Made by a program: the position numbers and the translations under genes. Of a stretch of DNA of 64,000 bases, positions 59,637 to 64,000 are shown piece after piece. Within the stretch, counting starts at the first letter, position 1; every line of letters begins with the position of its first letter. The notes under the pieces were generated by a model. The model was not told the DNA's origin, ran no database searches, and worked only from the letters and a program-made list of their open reading frames with translations. The stretch comes from Clostridia bacterium (GTDB lineage: Bacteria > Bacillota > Clostridia > RGIG6154), in NCBI GenBank assembly GCA_045589295.1, contig JAZNOU010000002.1:88801-152800 (forward strand), in the 5' to 3' direction.

Positions 59637-61370
59637 ATGCTGAAAAAATTTATAAGTTATTATAAACCGCACAAAAAGATGCTTGCACTTGATATGCTTG
59701 CGGCACTTTTAATATCGCTCACAGGTATGGTTTATCCAATTGTTACAAATAAAATGCTTAACGAATTTATTCCAAATAAGATGTATAAAACAATAGTGCT
59801 TGCAGGGATTGTTGTGCTTGCTTTATATATTGTAAGGCTGTATTTGAGATATTTTGTTCAGTATTATGGTCACATAATCGGTGTTAAAATGCAGTCTGAA
59901 ATGAGAATTGATTTGTTTAAGCATTTGCAAAAACTACCGTACAAGTTTTATGACAACAACGAAACAGGGAGAATTATGACAAGAATTACAAGCGACTTAT
60001 TTGAGGTGTGTGAGCTTGCTCATCACGGACCTGAAAATATTTTAATAAGTGCAGTTATGATTGTTTTGTCATTTACCTATCTTTTGAGTATTGATGTGAT
60101 ACTTACATTGATTATTTTTGCGTGTGTTCCTGTTTTGATGATTGTTACCGCGCATTACAGAAAGGCAATGAAAACGGCTTTTGCGGACAGAAGAAAAAGC
60201 AATGCAACAATCAACGCGGCGGTAGAAAGCAGTATTACGGGTATAAGAGTTACAAAGGCATATACAAATTCTGCGTTGGAAGTTGAAAAGTTTAAAAAAG
60301 GCGATAAGGAGTTTGTTGATTCATCTAAAATGGCATATTCTGCTATGGCAAAATTTCATTCCTCAACAACATTTATCACAGATATTTTTAACGTAATTAT
60401 TTTAATTGCGGGTGGACTTTTCCTTTATTCAGGAAGAATTTCATTTGGAGATTATTCAACATTTATTGTTTCTGTTAACTTGTTTATAAACCCCGTAACA
60501 ACACTTATAGGATTTATGGAGCAGTTCCAAAACGGTGTCAGTGGCTTTAAACGATTTGTTGAAATTATGGAAGAAGAGCCCGAAGCGGAAAACCACTTAG
60601 CAGAAACGCTTGAAAATGTTCAAGGAACAATAGAATTTAAAAATATTACGTTTTCATACGACAAAACTAAGGAAGTACTTAATAACGTGAGTATGAAAAT
60701 AGAAAAGGGCAGAAAACTTGCGCTTGTCGGTCCGTCAGGAGGCGGAAAAACTACAATATGTCATTTGCTCCCGAATTTTTACAAGTTAGAGGACGGGGTT
60801 GGTGAAATTTTAATTGATGGGAAAAATATAAAAGATTTAACACTTCAATCTGTAAGAAAGAATATTGGCATTGTTCAGCAGGATGTTTTTCTCTTTGCAG
60901 GAACAATAAAAGACAACATTTTGTATGGAAATCCCGATGCAACTGAAGAGGAAATGGTTGAGGCTGCGAAAAAAGCAAATATTCACGAGTACATTTTAAC
61001 TCTTCCAAACGGATATGATACTCAAATCGGCGAGCGCGGGGTTAAGCTTTCAGGTGGACAAAAGCAAAGGATAAGTATTGCAAGAGTGTTTTTGAAAAAT
61101 CCTGCAATTTTAATTTTAGACGAAGCTACAAGTGCACTTGACAATACAACAGAAGTTTTAATTCAGCAGGCGCTGGACGAACTTTGCAAGGGGAGAACAA
61201 CTTTAGTTGTAGCACATCGTCTTTCAACTATAAGAAATGCAGATGAAATTGTGGTTGTAACTGAAGGACTGATTAAAGAGCGCGGAACTCACGAAGAACT
61301 TATGGCAAAAGACGGAATGTATAAAGCTTTATATTCGCTTCAGTTCAGGGATAATGATTTTTTTGAATAA
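59637..61370 (+). CDS. ABC transporter, fused permease/ATPase exporter (MsbA/type I exporter family)
   Basis: Six-TM domain plus Walker A GPSGGGKTT, signature LSGGQKQR, Walker B ILILDEATSALD; GAGGT RBS before ATG 59637. Confidence 0.9.
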   Translation: MLKKFISYYKPHKKMLALDMLAALLISLTGMVYPIVTNKMLNEFIPNKMYKTIVLAGIVVLALYIVRLYLRYFVQYYGHIIGVKMQSEMRIDLFKHLQKLPYKFYDNNETGRIMTRITSDLFEVCELAHHGPENILISAVMIVLSFTYLLSIDVILTLIIFACVPVLMIVTAHYRKAMKTAFADRRKSNATINAAVESSITGIRVTKAYTNSALEVEKFKKGDKEFVDSSKMAYSAMAKFHSSTTFITDIFNVIILIAGGLFLYSGRISFGDYSTFIVSVNLFINPVTTLIGFMEQFQNGVSGFKRFVEIMEEEPEAENHLAETLENVQGTIEFKNITFSYDKTKEVLNNVSMKIEKGRKLALVGPSGGGKTTICHLLPNFYKLEDGVGEILIDGKNIKDLTLQSVRKNIGIVQQDVFLFAGTIKDNILYGNPDATEEEMVEAAKKANIHEYILTLPNGYDTQIGERGVKLSGGQKQRISIARVFLKNPAILILDEATSALDNTTEVLIQQALDELCKGRTTLVVAHRLSTIRNADEIVVVTEGLIKERGTHEELMAKDGMYKALYSLQFRDNDFFE

Positions 61371-61419
61371 TATAAGAGCACACCTTTAAAGGCGTGCTCT
61401 TTTTTATTGCTTAAAATTA

Positions 61420-62304
61420 TTATTTGTCTTCTTCAATAATTCCTTTAAGTGATGCGGCAAGACCTGCGAGCGATTGGATTTCTGACGGGATAATAATTTT
61501 CGTTGATTTCCCGTCGGCAACCACTTGGAGCGCTTCTAAACTTTTTACTGCAATAACACCTTGGCTTGGCGAGGCATCATTTAACATTTTAATACCTTCT
61601 GCAGTAGCGTTTTGTACTTTTAATATTGCCTCAGCTTCACCTTCTGCTTTTTTAATAGCAGATTCTTTTTGTGCTTCAGCTGCTAAAATTGCGGCTTCTT
61701 TCTGACCTTCTGCGACTAAAATAGCTGATTTCTTTTCACCCTCTGCAATCAAAATCGCTTCACGTCTTTCACGCTCGGCTTTCATTTGCTTTTCCATAGC
61801 ATCGCGGATTTCTTTAGGTGGCAAAATATTTTTAAGTTCAACACGGTTGATTTTTATACCCCATGGGTCTGTTGCTTCGTCCAAAATAGCACGCATTTTG
61901 GTGTTAACAATTTCGCGTGATGTGAGAGTTTCATCAAGCTCTAAATCACCGATAATGTTACGAAGTGTGGTAGCTGTTAAGTTTTCAATAGCAGACATTG
62001 GGTGGTTTACACCATAGGTATACATTTTAGGGTCGGTAATCTGATAGTATACAACTGTGTCAATCTGCATTGTAACGTTATCTTTTGTTATAACCGGCTG
62101 TGGTGCAAAGTCAACAACCTGTTCTTTTAAAGAAACTTTTTTTCTTACCTGTTCAATGAACGGAATTTTGAAGTGAAGACCTACATCCCATGTGGCGCTA
62201 TACGCCCCGAGGCGCTCTACAACATAAGCTTCTGCTTGTGGAACAATTTTAATATTTGCAACTATTATTACTATTGCAAGGAAAAATAAAATTAATAATA
62301 TCAT
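61420..62304 (-). CDS. SPFH/band-7 (stomatin/prohibitin-like) membrane protein
   Basis: N-terminal TM plus SPFH domain plus C-terminal Ala/Glu-rich coiled coil. Confidence 0.85.
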   Translation of the reverse strand: MILLILFFLAIVIIVANIKIVPQAEAYVVERLGAYSATWDVGLHFKIPFIEQVRKKVSLKEQVVDFAPQPVITKDNVTMQIDTVVYYQITDPKMYTYGVNHPMSAIENLTATTLRNIIGDLELDETLTSREIVNTKMRAILDEATDPWGIKINRVELKNILPPKEIRDAMEKQMKAERERREAILIAEGEKKSAILVAEGQKEAAILAAEAQKESAIKKAEGEAEAILKVQNATAEGIKMLNDASPSQGVIAVKSLEALQVVADGKSTKIIIPSEIQSLAGLAASLKGIIEEDK

Positions 62305-62315
62305 ACTAACACTCC

Positions 62316-62750
62316 TTATTTAACTATCAGGTGAACACCTTCGATTTTCTCAACTGTTACAAGTGAATTCTGTGGCACAGTCGAAGAATTTAAAGACCTT
62401 GCTGACCAGACTTTTCCGCCAACCTTGACCTGACCTTTTCCTTCTATCTGGTTTATTTCCTCAATAACAATTCCTTGCTGACCGATTACAAGGTCTGCAT
62501 TTGTTTTTGTGTGACTTTTGGTTAGCTTATTTTTAACAAGAGGTCTTGTTATAAAAAGAGCTATGGCAGAAACTACAATAAATATTATTATCTGATATAC
62601 AAAACCTATACCAAAATATGATGATATAAGTGCAGCTAAAGCTCCGGCTGAAAACCAGATTGTAACAAGTCCTGCAGTTAATGCTTCTATCACAAAAGTA
62701 AGCACTAAAACAATGAGCCATAATGTTTGATATGCGATAGGAAAATTCAC
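62316..62750 (-). CDS. NfeD-like membrane protein (partner of the SPFH protein)
   Basis: TM helices plus C-terminal OB-fold beta domain; operonic with the SPFH gene. Confidence 0.8.
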   Translation of the reverse strand: MNFPIAYQTLWLIVLVLTFVIEALTAGLVTIWFSAGALAALISSYFGIGFVYQIIIFIVVSAIALFITRPLVKNKLTKSHTKTNADLVIGQQGIVIEEINQIEGKGQVKVGGKVWSARSLNSSTVPQNSLVTVEKIEGVHLIVK

Positions 62751-62869
62751 AAAATCACTCCTTTCTTAATGAAAAGTATATCATAAAACATACTAATTTG
62801 CAATAATGTGTTTTAATGTGGAAAACATAGGAAGTTTATGACGTTTAAAAGTTTTATTTTACAGAACAG

Positions 62870-62902
62870 TTGACATAATTTTTCAAAATTGTAGGTTATA
62901 AT
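62870..62902 (+). promoter_or_regulatory. Promoter with TTGACA and TATAAT hexamers separated by 21 bp, as in Spo0A-activated spoIIE-type promoters
   Basis: Hexamers and the 21-bp spacer counted directly. Confidence 0.45.
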
Positions 62903-62934
62903 TTGAGGTAAAGTAAGCTTTAAGGCGGGTTTTT

Positions 62935-64000
62935 ATGTATCAAAGAGCAATTATACATATTAAAAATAAAATATTAAACTTATTCAAAAGCATAAGACTG
63001 AACGAAACCATAATGCTTTTTACAGGACTTTTGCTCGGTGGGGCAAATGCGTTTGAGGGAATAGGAATATTTGGTGTTGTGTGCAGTATCTGCTATATGA
63101 AAAAAGGGTTTAAGTCATTTAGTGTGCTTTTCCCCGTTATAGGATACACGCTCATTTATCAGGGAGCGTTTAAAATGAAATATATTGTATCCTGCCTTTT
63201 TTTATGTGTCTTAAGAGAAATTTTACATAAAGTTAAAAAGGACAAGTTGTTTGGAATTCTGTCATTTGCGGTGTATCCCTTAATTGCTTTAACAGAAACG
63301 GTTATTTTGGGATTCAGTATGTATGATATGTTCCTGCTTTTTATTGAATGTTCAGTGCTTTTGGTTTTTTCGTTGTTTTATGAAAGATTTTTAAATTATT
63401 TTTCTTCAAAAACATTAAGAAGGACTATGAAACAAAGCGAGCTTTCAGCGATTATACTTGTAGGCGCTGTTTGTATGACAGCTTCAGGCGATGTGGAATT
63501 TGTACTAGGGATAAATCCTGCCGGAGTGATAGCCGCATTTATAATTATGTTTTGTGCGCTTAAGTTTTCGCTTGGCGTTACCGCAATTTCAGGAATAATT
63601 CTGGGACTTTGTGTGGCAGTTGCAAATAAAAATATGATTTTTTGCATAGGGTCTTATGCGATTTCTGCGCTTTTTGGCGGGCTTGCAAAAAAATATGGAA
63701 AAGCGGGAATTGTGCTTACATTTATAATAACAAATGCATTGATTACTTTTTATGTGAATGGGTCAACTGAAGTTTTGATTAATCTTTTTGATGTTTTAGT
63801 AGCGGCACTGGTGTTTGCAATTTTACCTAAAGCGGCTTTTGATACAGTTAAAGACAACCTGATGCTTTTGATGGCAACAGACAGTACAAGGGAGGCAAGA
63901 AGACTTGGGGTAATTAAAGAATTTACATACGAAAAAATGAATAGGCTGTCTGCTGCATTTAAAGGGCTTGCAGATTCTTTGAAATTCAGCGAAAGTAAAA
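62935..64000 (+). CDS. Polytopic membrane protein, 5' part only (open to the window end); probable N-terminal membrane domain of stage II sporulation protein E (SpoIIE)
   Basis: At least 355 codons without a stop; about 10 predicted TM helices; absent from the track because no stop lies within the window; SpoIIE call rests on topology plus the unusual promoter. Confidence 0.5.
   Translation, partial: MYQRAIIHIKNKILNLFKSIRLNETIMLFTGLLLGGANAFEGIGIFGVVCSICYMKKGFKSFSVLFPVIGYTLIYQGAFKMKYIVSCLFLCVLREILHKVKKDKLFGILSFAVYPLIALTETVILGFSMYDMFLLFIECSVLLVFSLFYERFLNYFSSKTLRRTMKQSELSAIILVGAVCMTASGDVEFVLGINPAGVIAAFIIMFCALKFSLGVTAISGIILGLCVAVANKNMIFCIGSYAISALFGGLAKKYGKAGIVLTFIITNALITFYVNGSTEVLINLFDVLVAALVFAILPKAAFDTVKDNLMLLMATDSTREARRLGVIKEFTYEKMNRLSAAFKGLADSLKFSESK

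Overview
The window is a 64 kb stretch of a low-GC, anaerobic, spore-forming Firmicutes (Clostridia-like) chromosome, densely coded on both strands. Four supports for that placement: rubrerythrin and feoAB; spoIIID and a SpoIIE-like gene; a CIRCE operator; the overall gene content. No transposases, integrases, phage genes or CRISPR arrays were seen.

The main accessory system is a glycyl-radical-enzyme-associated bacterial microcompartment (GRM) locus at about 300..14800, in two operons.

- Operon 1: Cof-type HAD phosphatase, an 843-aa glycyl radical enzyme (diol-dehydratase type, GCVEP thiyl loop, RVAGY glycyl motif), a short PflA-like activase, PduU/EutS shell protein, PduV/EutP GTPase.
- Operon 2, from an internal sigma-A promoter:
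  - class II aldolase carrying a Cys/His-rich linker and a C-terminal encapsulation peptide;
  - DUF336 (PduO-C/GlcG-like);
  - Zn-dependent alcohol dehydrogenase with an extra N-terminal domain and an internal encapsulation peptide;
  - two BMC-H genes, the second with a Lys/Ala-rich tail;
  - BMC-P (pentamer);
  - PduS-like Fe-S flavoprotein;
  - PduT-like BMC-T with an Fe-S cysteine;
  - PduP-like CoA-acylating aldehyde dehydrogenase with an N-terminal encapsulation peptide;
  - second BMC-T;
  - PduL with encapsulation peptide;
  - DeoR regulator.

This matches the fuculose/rhamnulose-phosphate aldolase type of GRM (GRM5-like) but has several non-canonical features, reported as findings.

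The remainder is mostly housekeeping: pyk, rodA/ftsW, gltX-glnS-metG, rubrerythrin, ddl-murI, an SLH-domain protein, CtpA-like protease, argS, metY-cysK, ruvCAB, groESL, an APC-family amino-acid permease, tsf-rpsB, feoAB with an unannotated FeoB-associated Cys-rich peptide, a divergent DtxR-family regulator, tRNA-Thr(CGU), rpmB, comEC, a second cysK, an orphan OmpR-type response regulator, initiator tRNA-fMet, an ABC exporter and an SPFH/NfeD pair.

Three other regions are flagged: a probable spore-cortex/peptidoglycan-remodelling cluster (split SleC-like protein, polysaccharide deacetylase, a truncated AsnB-like amidotransferase lacking the PP-loop); a spoIIID operon with an uncharacterised P-loop NTPase; and a WYL regulator next to a FAD/Rieske oxidoreductase.
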